DNA of 58,766 nt, from positions 1 to 58,766 of the forward strand of contig JBFMCE010000006.1 of NCBI GenBank assembly GCA_040754655.1, read 5' to 3'. The first letter of the stretch is position 1, and every line of letters begins with the position of its first letter. A program made the position numbers and the translations under genes. The notes beneath the pieces are model-generated. The model saw nothing but the letters and a program-made list of their open reading frames with translations. It was not told the origin of the DNA and ran no database searches. Origin of the DNA: Bdellovibrionota bacterium. GTDB taxonomy: Bacteria > Bdellovibrionota > UBA1018 > UBA923. Shown piece after piece: positions 9,684 to 18,786 of the stretch.

Positions 9684-10679
9684 ATGCCCATGCAATCGCG
9701 CTCGACAAAAGTAATGGTTTTCGGACTGGGATACATAGGACGCATGGTCGTTGAAGCGATTCAGAATGAGAACCCTTTTTGGAACCGCAGGCTCGAGTTG
9801 GTCGGAGCCATTGATATCGTTCCAGAGTCGCGGCAATGGGCCGAAAAGAAAGGCGTGCGCCCCTTTCAGTCCGTCGCGGACTTGCTCGCTGTGCAACGTC
9901 CCGACGTGTGCGTGCACACAACGGCCTCTAATATCTCGATCGTAGTCGCTCAACTGCGAGAACTCATCGAAGCAAAAATACCGGTAGTCTCTTCCACCGA
10001 AGAACTTTTCTTTCCCTGGGTTGAAAATCCTGGCATCGCGGAAGAACTCGACTCCCTTTGCCGTAACAACCAAATCGCTATCATGGGAACTGGGGTCAAC
10101 CCCGGATTTGTGATGGACGTCCTTCCTGCAATTGCCTTGCAGGCGGTGCACACGGTCGATCAAATTCGCGTGGAGAGAGTGGTCGACGCGTCTACTCGAA
10201 GACCGCCCCTGCAACGAAAGATTGGTGCGGGCCTTGATGAACACACCTTTCGTTCTTACGTAGAATCCAAACGCATAGGCCACATCGGGCTTATGGAATC
10301 GCTGGATTTCTTAAGCTCTCACCTTGGCCTGAAGCTCACCAAGCGCGGCCAGCAAATTGATCCTGTGATTGCGCCCAAGGCCCTCAAAAATGCCATAGTT
10401 TCGGTGAAGAAGGGTGATGTTTGCGGGCTACGCCACAGGGCTTGGGGAGAAATTGATCGTAAGCGCGTCATTGAACTGGATCTCAAGATTGTGATCGAGG
10501 CGGACCGTCCGGGCGACCATATTGTGATCAAAGGGAACCCACCGCTTTCTCTTTGGATTGAAGGAGGGACGCCGGGCGACCCCGCCACTGTGGCAGCGCT
10601 CGTACGAGGCATTCCCACTGTCTTGCAGGCGAAACCCGGCATCGTGCGCAGGCTTGAGCGCGACCACTTCCTGGATTGA
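9684..10679 (+). CDS. NAD(P)-dependent amino-acid dehydrogenase (2,4-diaminopentanoate dehydrogenase / DapB-like family)
   Basis: GLGYIG Rossmann motif, VVSSTEEL, GTGVNPGFVMD, LQRKIGAG and PGDPAT. Confidence 0.85.
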   Translation: MPMQSRSTKVMVFGLGYIGRMVVEAIQNENPFWNRRLELVGAIDIVPESRQWAEKKGVRPFQSVADLLAVQRPDVCVHTTASNISIVVAQLRELIEAKIPVVSSTEELFFPWVENPGIAEELDSLCRNNQIAIMGTGVNPGFVMDVLPAIALQAVHTVDQIRVERVVDASTRRPPLQRKIGAGLDEHTFRSYVESKRIGHIGLMESLDFLSSHLGLKLTKRGQQIDPVIAPKALKNAIVSVKKGDVCGLRHRAWGEIDRKRVIELDLKIVIEADRPGDHIVIKGNPPLSLWIEGGTPGDPATVAALVRGIPTVLQAKPGIVRRLERDHFLD

Positions 10680-10732
10680 CCCCCAGAACACCCAGATAGA
10701 CACTTCAGTCTCTCAAATGCATAATAGAACCC

Positions 10733-12397
10733 ATGCGCAGACTTGATGGTCCATTCCGAGTCTATGTTGGGCTTGTTCAGACGGGATACCTCAATCCCGC
10801 CGCCATCTCCGAGGTGATTCGCCAGGGCATCTACTTTTGTGGCCTTTCTGGTGCGGTGCGAAAACTTGGAAGCTCAAGCAAAATCGTCTTACGCCCCGAC
10901 GTAACGGCGGCTGACCCTCGAATCGCGCGCTATGCATACACCCATCCCGAGGTTGTGAGGGCGACGATCCAAGAAGTGCTTCACCTGTCGCCCAGCGCGA
11001 AGTTCAACGTGCTCGCAAAGAGCATTGATGGACTGCCCACCCACCGAATGCTACGAAAAGCCCACGGAGCCTCGGACACCTTTTTGAATCGCGGGTACCT
11101 CGAACTTGAACACCTTTTCCCAGGAAATGTAACGGTTTCTGCTTTGGAAGAGACCCCGGTTTTCCGATACCAGCTATCCAAGGGCAACATCCTTTCAAAA
11201 AAAGATAGAACGAGGCTTCAGGATCAACTGCAGGAAGACTTCATTAAAACGGCTCACTTTCGCTCTTGCAATGAAGTTATTACATCGCGTCATTTTTACG
11301 ATTCAAGCTTTTCAATCGCGTGTCCAAAGCTAAAAACTAGCGTCTTTACTCAGGCCTTCAGCGGAGCCGTGGCTTTAGGCGGTTTTCAAAAACTTCACGG
11401 GAGTCTGCACGACCATTACCTGGCTGATATGTTAGAGCTCTTCAATCCCAACCTTGTCGTCAGTGACTGCATCGTCGCCGCCGTCGGGGGATCCCAAATC
11501 ACTCAGCGCGGTCATGAGCTCGGAGCAGTCCTCATCTCAAACAACGCAGTAGCTCACGATTGGGTGGCGGTTCAAATCTTGAACCTTGACCCTTCAAAGA
11601 TCCGGCATTTGCGCATCGCCGCCGAAAGAGGTTGGGGCCCCTTAAGTCCGGCCCAAGTTGAACTTGGAGGAGCAGGCGCGGAAGGCATCAAACAGCTTCT
11701 TCCTAAGACTAAGTTTTGGGACCTTGGAGATGTTCATCTGGAAGACTTCCCCAAGAAGTATTCGGAAGAAAACAATGGGGTGCGTTTTCCCGTCGAAATT
11801 CAAAGCGGGACCCCTTATGAACAATCTGGCTCTCATGCCCTGGTTCTGGATTGGCTCTACAAGAGTTATGACTTCCCGGCCCTGCGGCCTAACATGGCGA
11901 AATGGCCCAAGACAACCTTATGCATAGGCGAGGTTCAATCTTACCCTTCTCATCGAGTGGTGTTTGCGATCGGAGATCACGCGATTCAATCGTTAAAGTT
12001 GCGCACGAGCTCTGCTCGAAAACTCATCCGATTGGGCAAAGACATCCGCATCTCTCGGGTTCAAATGAAAAATGGAAAGAAGTGCTGGCTGATCACGGTC
12101 TCAGGAAACCCGCCAAAATACCGAAACCTCTTTCTAGCTTTGATGGTTGGCAGTTTTGGGCGGATGACCACTCACTGGACAAAGTTTCCTTTGTTGGTTG
12201 AGCGCTTCTTTTTCGCGATTCGCAACTGGTGGCACTCAGCCTCAGCCCAGAGAATCCAAAACTCCAGGGTCGTGCTTTCATCCCGAATGGCGCAGAATGC
12301 TTGGTGGGCGTTGACCTCTAGCTCGACGTCGCCTTCCAAAACCAGCGCGCTCTCATCGCCAGAGCCTCGTTCAAACGCCCACCAACCGACCCCGTAG
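10733..12397 (+). CDS. DUF362-like domain protein (divergent)
   Basis: YTHPEVVRA, PKLKT, PNLVVSDCIVA and AVAHDWVA..L pattern; the usual KPN appears as RPD. Confidence 0.6.
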   Translation: MRRLDGPFRVYVGLVQTGYLNPAAISEVIRQGIYFCGLSGAVRKLGSSSKIVLRPDVTAADPRIARYAYTHPEVVRATIQEVLHLSPSAKFNVLAKSIDGLPTHRMLRKAHGASDTFLNRGYLELEHLFPGNVTVSALEETPVFRYQLSKGNILSKKDRTRLQDQLQEDFIKTAHFRSCNEVITSRHFYDSSFSIACPKLKTSVFTQAFSGAVALGGFQKLHGSLHDHYLADMLELFNPNLVVSDCIVAAVGGSQITQRGHELGAVLISNNAVAHDWVAVQILNLDPSKIRHLRIAAERGWGPLSPAQVELGGAGAEGIKQLLPKTKFWDLGDVHLEDFPKKYSEENNGVRFPVEIQSGTPYEQSGSHALVLDWLYKSYDFPALRPNMAKWPKTTLCIGEVQSYPSHRVVFAIGDHAIQSLKLRTSSARKLIRLGKDIRISRVQMKNGKKCWLITVSGNPPKYRNLFLALMVGSFGRMTTHWTKFPLLVERFFFAIRNWWHSASAQRIQNSRVVLSSRMAQNAWWALTSSSTSPSKTSALSSPEPRSNAHQPTP

Positions 12398-12480
12398 TAT
12401 GGCTGAGCCTAAGCTTTAAAATAGGCTGCATGAAAAATTTGCGTCTAACCGCTTTTAGACAGGGCCTTTAAGCTGCCGCT

Positions 12481-12681
12481 TTAGCCCCGATAGACGTTAC
12501 CCAATAGAATTTCATAAGGTTCCGATAACTGCCCGAACCGGTAACGTACCGACGCCCTGCAGTTTTGACAAAACCTTAAGTAAGGATTCCGGCCCTCAAA
12601 CGATCTCGAACACAGATTGCACTTGCGAGTGTAACGCTTTGATTTTGAGTTCGATACAAATCCGTTTTGTTCACCAATCAT
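12481..12681 (-). CDS. Small protein with CxxC-x11-CxxC (possible zinc ribbon)
   Basis: KCNLC...FCQNC; GGAGAG RBS; last gene of a 3-gene operon. Confidence 0.55.
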   Translation of the reverse strand: MIGEQNGFVSNSKSKRYTRKCNLCSRSFEGRNPYLRFCQNCRASVRYRFGQLSEPYEILLGNVYRG

Positions 12682-12684
12682 CTG

Positions 12685-12918
12685 CTACTCTCCTGTTGGA
12701 TAATTTTCCCTAGACTTAGCAAGTTGTATGCCGCTTAAACCTTGGTTTGTTACGGTGACTAACCGGTCTAAGGCAGTTTGAGCGATTTCAATCGCACGGG
12801 CCTGGATTACGAGCCTCGCAACATGTACGAGTTGAGGCCCTACCGTAAACCCGACGAATACCCCTGCAAGAAACACCGCGATGGGATCTGCCGTCATTTC
12901 CGTGCGAGCCGAGTTCAT
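12685..12918 (-). CDS. Small membrane-anchored hypothetical protein
   Basis: One TM helix; ATGA overlap with the upstream gene. Confidence 0.55.
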   Translation of the reverse strand: MNSARTEMTADPIAVFLAGVFVGFTVGPQLVHVARLVIQARAIEIAQTALDRLVTVTNQGLSGIQLAKSRENYPTGE

Positions 12919-13148
12919 GACAATCTTCCGTGTTCTTGATGAACCTCAGAATTCACGGTTCTTCGGAGAAGCAAGCCAGTTACGAAACCCAGCACAGCCA
13001 CCCCGGCCAAGACAGCGGCGGGTTGACGGTCGAGGATGTCTCGCGCCTGGCTACCCCACTGGTTCAAAACTGAGAGGCCCTGACGAAACTTCTCTTCCGC
13101 TTCGTTGATGATGTCATCGAGATTTACATTCCTAGATTGATCGTCCAT
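12915..13148 (-). CDS. ElaB/YqjD/DUF883-like tail-anchored protein
   Basis: Helical N-terminus, then QPAAVLAGVAVLGFVTGLLLRR C-terminal TM motif. Confidence 0.7.
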   Translation of the reverse strand: MDDQSRNVNLDDIINEAEEKFRQGLSVLNQWGSQARDILDRQPAAVLAGVAVLGFVTGLLLRRTVNSEVHQEHGRLS

Positions 13149-13185
13149 TTTAACCCCCGTCGGTTTTATGTACCTTCAGTTGCCA

Positions 13186-13201
13186 AGCAATGCACATGCC
13201 A
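13186..13201 (-). promoter_or_regulatory. sigma-54 promoter
   Basis: Minus strand TGGCAT-GTGCA-TTGCT, 38 bp upstream of ATG 13148. Confidence 0.75.
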
Positions 13202-13320
13202 AAGGGTTGCGGTTTTGCAATTTGCAACGGGCATTCATAATGCTTTCACCATTATTTCATGGCAAAAAACCCCACTAATGATTGACCTTTTAGAGGGTCG
13301 CTTGGTATCTAGCCAGACGG

Positions 13321-14550
13321 ATGCAAACGCGTGAGAGGGAATCAGGGGCAGACAACACTTCGCATTTATTACACCGGTATTCTCGCCTGAGAACTACGCG
13401 GGCGAAGTCCAACGTCCTCCTTTTGGCGTTGCTAGCGCTTCTGCTGATGCAGTCCGCGCAGCTGATCGGAGACCTGGATCTTCTTTCGCGGTTCCCTCTG
13501 GCGGCCCGACAGGAACATCTCCTGCGTTTTGCCTCGATCTTCTTGACCCTTGGTATTTTTGTCGCCACGCGGAGGGTTTTATCAACCGAGATCGCTCGCC
13601 TCGAAGTAGTCTCAGAGCACACCACAGACGGCCTTCTGGTACTCGAAGGCAATGCCGTCGCATTCGCGAATTCAGTCGCTCAGAAAATCATCAAAGGCCC
13701 CAAGAATCTCAATAAGCTTCTCGAAGAAACCAAACGCAGCGATATGCCCGTCCTTTTTGAGACGATGCTCGAAGGCAGTTCAAGGCATTTCTTGATTTCA
13801 AAGACATTCATCCCGAGACCGAGTTCAAGAGCGGCTCAGCACCTCTTTGTGTTCCGTGACATTACCTTTTTGCGCCAGAACGAGCAGGCCAAAGTGGATT
13901 TCATCGGCACGCTCTCCCATGAAATCAAAACACCGATCACTTCGCTCACGATGGCCCTGGCGATGCTCGATAGGACAGGTTTCGATACGGAACTTGTACG
14001 CATCGCAAACCTTGATGTCGCGAGACTCCGAGCTTTGCTCGAAGACCTTCTCAATATTTCAAAATTAAAGATCGTGCAGAATCCACGCTCTCTTTTGAAA
14101 CAGGAAGCGAACCTCACCGCGCTTGTGCATCAAATCGTGAGGTCAGCCCAAGAGCACGCCAAAGAAAGAAGTATTCTTCTCAAAACGAGAGTCCAACCGC
14201 TGGGGCAAATCATCGCGAAAATCGACCCGACGAAGATCGCCTGGGTCTTGTCGACATTGGTGGCCGATGCTATTCGGCAAAGTCCCCACGGCAAAGAAGT
14301 CGAATCGTCACTGGACCTGCAAGACGAAAGGATGACGTTCTCGGTGAAGTTCAGCAGGGCTCCGGAAGCGCCTGCTCCGACAGGGCATCCGATCGTACGC
14401 GACATCATTGATGCGCACGACGGAAGTTTTGAGGCGACGCAAGGGGAAGGCCAGACTCAAACTTATAAGTTTTCTTTACACGCATTTCGAAAGCAGTATC
14501 AATCAACAAAAGGGATGGGCACCAATGAAGCGAATACTATTGGTCGATGA
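13321..14550 (+). CDS. Membrane sensor histidine kinase-like protein (PAS, HisKA) with degenerate ATPase domain
   Basis: 2 TM helices, PAS-like segment and LSHEIKTPIT H-box; N/G1/G2 boxes eroded. Confidence 0.8.
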   Translation: MQTRERESGADNTSHLLHRYSRLRTTRAKSNVLLLALLALLLMQSAQLIGDLDLLSRFPLAARQEHLLRFASIFLTLGIFVATRRVLSTEIARLEVVSEHTTDGLLVLEGNAVAFANSVAQKIIKGPKNLNKLLEETKRSDMPVLFETMLEGSSRHFLISKTFIPRPSSRAAQHLFVFRDITFLRQNEQAKVDFIGTLSHEIKTPITSLTMALAMLDRTGFDTELVRIANLDVARLRALLEDLLNISKLKIVQNPRSLLKQEANLTALVHQIVRSAQEHAKERSILLKTRVQPLGQIIAKIDPTKIAWVLSTLVADAIRQSPHGKEVESSLDLQDERMTFSVKFSRAPEAPAPTGHPIVRDIIDAHDGSFEATQGEGQTQTYKFSLHAFRKQYQSTKGMGTNEANTIGR

Positions 14551-15871
14551 TGAAGAGAATATCCGCATTACAATGAGCCGTTACCTGACGTCGAGAAACT
14601 ACGACGTGAAGTCTGTTTCGTCCGGGCCGGAAGCCATCGCAGTGATGAATACATGGACACCTGAATTGCTTGTCACCGACCTTCGCATGGAGGGGATGAC
14701 GGGCCTTGAGCTCATTGAGCGGGTGAAGCGCGACTTTCCTGACGTGACGATCATAATCATGACGGCCTACGCGTCAGTCGAGACCGCGGTTACCGCGATG
14801 AAGTATGGCGCATACGACTATGTGACAAAACCCTTCACTCCCGACCAGATCAACCACCTGGTGTCCCGGGTCGAGCAACTTCGTGGCCTGTCGCGAGAAA
14901 ACAGCGAACTGAAGCAAGCGCTGCAAGACTTGCGAGAGCCGGAAGAATTTGAGTCTCAAAACTCGAAGGTGCAGCAGTTGTTCGAGATGGCCCGAAGAGT
15001 CGCCGCAAGCCAATCTACTGTGTTGATCACCGGTGAGAGCGGCACGGGGAAATCCGTTTTGGCCAAGTGGATCCATAAACACAGTGCGCGCTCAAACAAC
15101 GCGTTTGTCGATGTGAACTGCGCGACGTTGTCAGAGAACTTGCTTGAAAGCGAGTTGTTCGGCCACGTCAAAGGCTCGTTCACCGGCGCGGTTCGAGACA
15201 AGGTTGGCCGCTTGAAGGTGGCTGACGGCGGCACCGTGTTTCTTGACGAAATCGGCGACATCTCGTTGCAGCTTCAAACAAAACTTTTGAGGTTCTTGCA
15301 AGACAGGCAATTCGAGCCCGTGGGCAGCACAAAAACAGAAACCGTTGACGTGCGCATCGTAGCGGCCACAAACCGCAACCTTGATTTAGCGGTAAAAAAC
15401 GGCGCGTTTCGCGAAGATCTTTTTTATCGTTTGAACGTGATCGAGTTTAAGATGCCCGCGCTTCGCGAGAGACCCGAAGACATCCAATCGCTCGCCGAAG
15501 GATTGCTCAGAAGGGCTTGCAGCGAAGCAAATCGCGCTGCTTTGAGATTGAGCAACGAAGTGCTCTCAATTTTCCAGAACTATCGATGGCCCGGCAACAT
15601 CCGAGAGCTCAAGAACACGGTGGAACGCGCGGTAGTCCTGGCGAGAGCGTCTCAAGTTGAAACTGCGGACCTCCCCGATCGCTTGCTGGATCCGGCGATT
15701 CCCATCCCTCCCCAAGCGACGGCGCAGCCGAACATGTCCTTGGAGGACCTTGAGAGGCAATACATCCAAGAGGTGCTCGCGAGATCAGCGACGCTTGAGG
15801 AAGCGGCGAGCATCTTGGGCATCAACCTATCGACGCTTTGGAGAAAACGCCGGCGCTACAACCTCGACTGA
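14525..15871 (+). CDS. sigma-54-dependent response regulator (NtrC/AlgB-like)
   Basis: Receiver (LLVDDE, TDLRM), GESGTGKS, GSFTGA, FLDEIGD, WPGNIREL and C-terminal HTH; start at ATG 14525. Confidence 0.95.
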   Translation: MKRILLVDDEENIRITMSRYLTSRNYDVKSVSSGPEAIAVMNTWTPELLVTDLRMEGMTGLELIERVKRDFPDVTIIIMTAYASVETAVTAMKYGAYDYVTKPFTPDQINHLVSRVEQLRGLSRENSELKQALQDLREPEEFESQNSKVQQLFEMARRVAASQSTVLITGESGTGKSVLAKWIHKHSARSNNAFVDVNCATLSENLLESELFGHVKGSFTGAVRDKVGRLKVADGGTVFLDEIGDISLQLQTKLLRFLQDRQFEPVGSTKTETVDVRIVAATNRNLDLAVKNGAFREDLFYRLNVIEFKMPALRERPEDIQSLAEGLLRRACSEANRAALRLSNEVLSIFQNYRWPGNIRELKNTVERAVVLARASQVETADLPDRLLDPAIPIPPQATAQPNMSLEDLERQYIQEVLARSATLEEAASILGINLSTLWRKRRRYNLD

Positions 15872-15910
15872 CTTGGGACAGCCCAGTTTTGAAAGCTGAG
15901 AGATCTGAAT

Positions 15911-15944
15911 GGGCCTTCTGCGAAGAAGGCAAAAAGCCCTTTTT
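15911..15944 (+). terminator. Probable intrinsic terminator
   Basis: GCCTTCT-GCGA-AGAAGGC hairpin, outer GGGC/GCCC, then TTTTT, between convergent genes. Confidence 0.4.
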
Positions 15945-16532
15945 CTATATCAATGAATTGAGATCTGCTGACCCGAATCGACCGCGTTGTTCTTTGTAAC
16001 GGTCTAGATCCCGGCTCAATGAATGGCTTGGGAACAAGGCTTTCGACAAAACAAGGCCTAAAACAAATGTCCCCACGACTGCCGCAGGCCTTCTGTAACG
16101 ATTCAAAGGCTTGGCGATGCGCTGCTCAAAAATCTCTTGCGCCGGCAAGACGATCGAATCCTTTGCGGCGATCATCTCGTGCTTTGCCTGCTGTGGCTTC
16201 GACTCGCCCTCAATATATTGGGTTGAATGCGTGAACTCTCGCTGCTTGGCTCGAATCGCGAAATTAACCGCTGCAACGACGGCGGCATTGAACAGCAACA
16301 CGAGAAAAGCCGCCCATGCGCTGCCCACGGCGTTTGAAATCGCAAGGTAGAGAGCGATCTCAGCCCAAACCAGAACAAGCAGCCCAAAGACTATAGTTAC
16401 CGCAAGCTGCACGCTCACTCGTTTTGCTTTTTGTTTTTGCGCACCGGCCTTGAATTTCAGCCAATCATTCAAGAGATGAAGCGCGCTTTTCGTATGTTGG
16501 GTCGCATTAGAAACTGATGAGCTGGCGTGCAT
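15945..16532 (-). CDS. Membrane protein, YqjE/holin-like architecture
   Basis: Two adjacent TM helices plus a C-terminal TM with an RRP motif. Confidence 0.6.
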   Translation of the reverse strand: MHASSSVSNATQHTKSALHLLNDWLKFKAGAQKQKAKRVSVQLAVTIVFGLLVLVWAEIALYLAISNAVGSAWAAFLVLLFNAAVVAAVNFAIRAKQREFTHSTQYIEGESKPQQAKHEMIAAKDSIVLPAQEIFEQRIAKPLNRYRRPAAVVGTFVLGLVLSKALFPSHSLSRDLDRYKEQRGRFGSADLNSLI

Positions 16533-16566
16533 AATTTTTCCCCGCTTTTTTAAGCTTTAGGAAAAT

Positions 16567-16582
16567 TGCAATCTTGATGCCC
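16567..16582 (-). promoter_or_regulatory. sigma-54 promoter
   Basis: Minus strand GGGCAT-CAAGA-TTGCA, 35 bp upstream of ATG 16532. Confidence 0.65.
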
Positions 16583-16589
16583 AAATACC

Positions 16590-17750
16590 TCAACGCATGA
16601 GCTCTCTTTGGCACTTGTTGAAACGCAGAGTGACTACTGGGGCCTTTCCAGATTCCGCTTTCGGATCGTCATGAAAGTCGAGGATCTCTTGAATATAGGA
16701 ATCGTTCAACGCGACAGTCACATGCTTACTCTCAATCCGAACGAGCCGCTTTATCGACGAACCCACTTTGTCATAAAACCTCGAACGAAACCCTTCTTCG
16801 GAAATAAAAACATCCTTTGTCGCCACGACCGCCTGCAACGGCCGGGAGTAGAGCTCGGGCCGGATCAACCGATTTCCTTTAGCATCCACGAAGTAGCCGC
16901 GCTCGACCGCCTCGGCGTAACCTTTAAGCACGTGAAGAGGTATGGCCTTGAGTTCTTTGAACCAAAGCCTGCGCATCTGGGAACCTCCAACATGCTCAGC
17001 GTCAATCAACAGCTTCCTCAAAAAAAAGTTTCCGACCAGCATCGCGCTCGATTCAATCACCGTAGCCAACGCTTTGGCCCCGGGTTTGCCGCTATTCTTC
17101 ACTTTCCAAGTAAAACTGAAGATCGTTCCGTAAGGGTCAAACCAATGCGTGCCCTTCAAAAGGAACTCTGCCTTGTTCATCGCCCATAGCAGCTTGCTAG
17201 CGGATTGCTTGAGCAAAAACCCGAGATCTTCAAGATCGGTGGGCGTCGCTAAAAGGGTTGAAGCGGTGATCTTTTCCAAGACTTCAGGCCGTGCTCCGAC
17301 ATTCAAAATACCGCCCTGGCTGTGACCCAGGTAATGCAACTCTCTGCCTGCTGCGATCTCAGACGCTCTATTAATGAGTGCTTCAAAATCGTTTTCGAAC
17401 ATGCGTTCGAGAGTGATCAACTCGCCTGGGTTGTCGAATCCTCGCCCCGGAACCGTGCGAGATTCCGCCGTCAAGACCTCATAGCCTCTCTGTTTAGCGG
17501 CAGAAGCAAAATTCGCAAAAAGCTCATGCCCTTCCAAAAAACCAGGCACGATGAGCAAGACTTTGCTCAAATTCGGCCCGCCCTCATAACGAAATAAAGA
17601 CAAGAGCGCGTTGTCGGCAGTTCTCACGGGAAGTAAGGGCCGTGCCTCTAAGACCGGGCGAGCCCAGCTCGAAGCCGACGAGACTAAAAGAAAAAGTAAG
17701 ACTAAATAGATGAAAAAAAGACGCAGTAATCCCTTCAATCCACTCACCAC
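16590..17750 (-). CDS. Secreted alpha/beta-fold hydrolase
   Basis: Signal peptide, LLIVPG oxyanion region, GHSQGG nucleophile elbow, distal D and H. Confidence 0.8.
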   Translation of the reverse strand: MVSGLKGLLRLFFIYLVLLFLLVSSASSWARPVLEARPLLPVRTADNALLSLFRYEGGPNLSKVLLIVPGFLEGHELFANFASAAKQRGYEVLTAESRTVPGRGFDNPGELITLERMFENDFEALINRASEIAAGRELHYLGHSQGGILNVGARPEVLEKITASTLLATPTDLEDLGFLLKQSASKLLWAMNKAEFLLKGTHWFDPYGTIFSFTWKVKNSGKPGAKALATVIESSAMLVGNFFLRKLLIDAEHVGGSQMRRLWFKELKAIPLHVLKGYAEAVERGYFVDAKGNRLIRPELYSRPLQAVVATKDVFISEEGFRSRFYDKVGSSIKRLVRIESKHVTVALNDSYIQEILDFHDDPKAESGKAPVVTLRFNKCQRELMR

Positions 17751-17829
17751 CGAGGTGACGTATAGTACAAGCCATTGTGGCGCGTCAATTTCTTAGAGCA
17801 AGTCTTCGGGGTTTGGACTCAATTCAGTC

Positions 17830-18237
17830 CTAGGCGAGAGCAGCGTGAGGTTTCGATCCGACAAGATGATCAATCATTGAAATGAAGTCTTCGATCTCAA
17901 ACGGTTTTTCCAGGTACTCTGTTGCACCCGCTTCAAAGGCCAGGCGCCTCAGCTCGCGCCCCGTACTGACGAGCAATACCGGAAACTGAAGTTGCTGCGC
18001 TCTCACCTTTCTCACGAACTCAAGGCCAGTCATGCCTGGCATGCGTTGGTCGACGATCACAAGATCCAGCTCGAACTCGTTTACAGCTTTCAAAGCCTGT
18101 TCAGCTTCAGAAGCCTCGATGCAGTGAAATCCCAAAGAAGCGAGCACCATCCCATAAACTTCTCGGGTGGCCTGGTCATCATCCACAGTCAAAATCACCC
18201 GATCACCCAGCTGATTTTGAGTTTTGCTTAATCTCAT
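17830..18237 (-). CDS. Single-domain response regulator
   Basis: ILTVDDD, IVDQRMPGMTG and LEKPF. Confidence 0.9.
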   Translation of the reverse strand: MRLSKTQNQLGDRVILTVDDDQATREVYGMVLASLGFHCIEASEAEQALKAVNEFELDLVIVDQRMPGMTGLEFVRKVRAQQLQFPVLLVSTGRELRRLAFEAGATEYLEKPFEIEDFISMIDHLVGSKPHAALA

Positions 18238-18321
18238 GAGGTCTTCTATCGCAAAGCTCTACGACTTCGTCTATAAGCTTATGGGAATTTTGTAATAAAG
18301 CATTGTGAGGAGTGTCGGGTA

Positions 18322-18642
18322 ATGATTGCAATTCTTTCGATGGATGATCTTTATAAAAAACTGACCGCTTTGTCGGAAGATGAACTCATACTCGACGTGC
18401 GCACGCCAGGCGAGTTTTCGGACGGACATGTGCCGGGCAGTAGAAATATTCCACACGAACAAGTCGCAGACTTTGCTGGCGAACTCAAAAACTACAGAAA
18501 GATTTACATCTATTGCCGCTCGGGTCGGCGCGTGGAGTATGCGCTTCACGAATTAGAGCGAGCAGGATTGATAAATTTAGAAGGCGTCATCGACGGAGGA
18601 ATGCCAGATTGGATCGCTTGTGGCTATCCTGTCGAACGCTAA
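18322..18642 (+). CDS. Rhodanese-like sulfurtransferase domain protein
   Basis: LDVRTPGEF..GHVPGS.NIP, YCRSGRR and GGM..W. Confidence 0.92.
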   Translation: MIAILSMDDLYKKLTALSEDELILDVRTPGEFSDGHVPGSRNIPHEQVADFAGELKNYRKIYIYCRSGRRVEYALHELERAGLINLEGVIDGGMPDWIACGYPVER

Positions 18643-18786
18643 CTTTTCCGTTTTCTTTTTTTAAAGACGCCGTCCAGAGCAACCAGACTTAAGCAGTGCG
18701 TTAAGCTTCCTTTTATTTTCAGTTCTTTCCATTGTGTTTTCTTGTTTAAAAGCGGGTCCCCCGTTATCCTAAAATTACCAATAGTT

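Noticed and set aside
9660..10283. Apparent 208-aa N-terminal extension on the HAD hydrolase (442-aa ORF)
   Set aside because: It is the antisense shadow of the 9684 dehydrogenase; HAD motif I starts right after ATG 9659
15945..16532. Prophage holin
   Set aside because: No phage genes nearby; holin-like YqjE-type membrane proteins are common cellular genes
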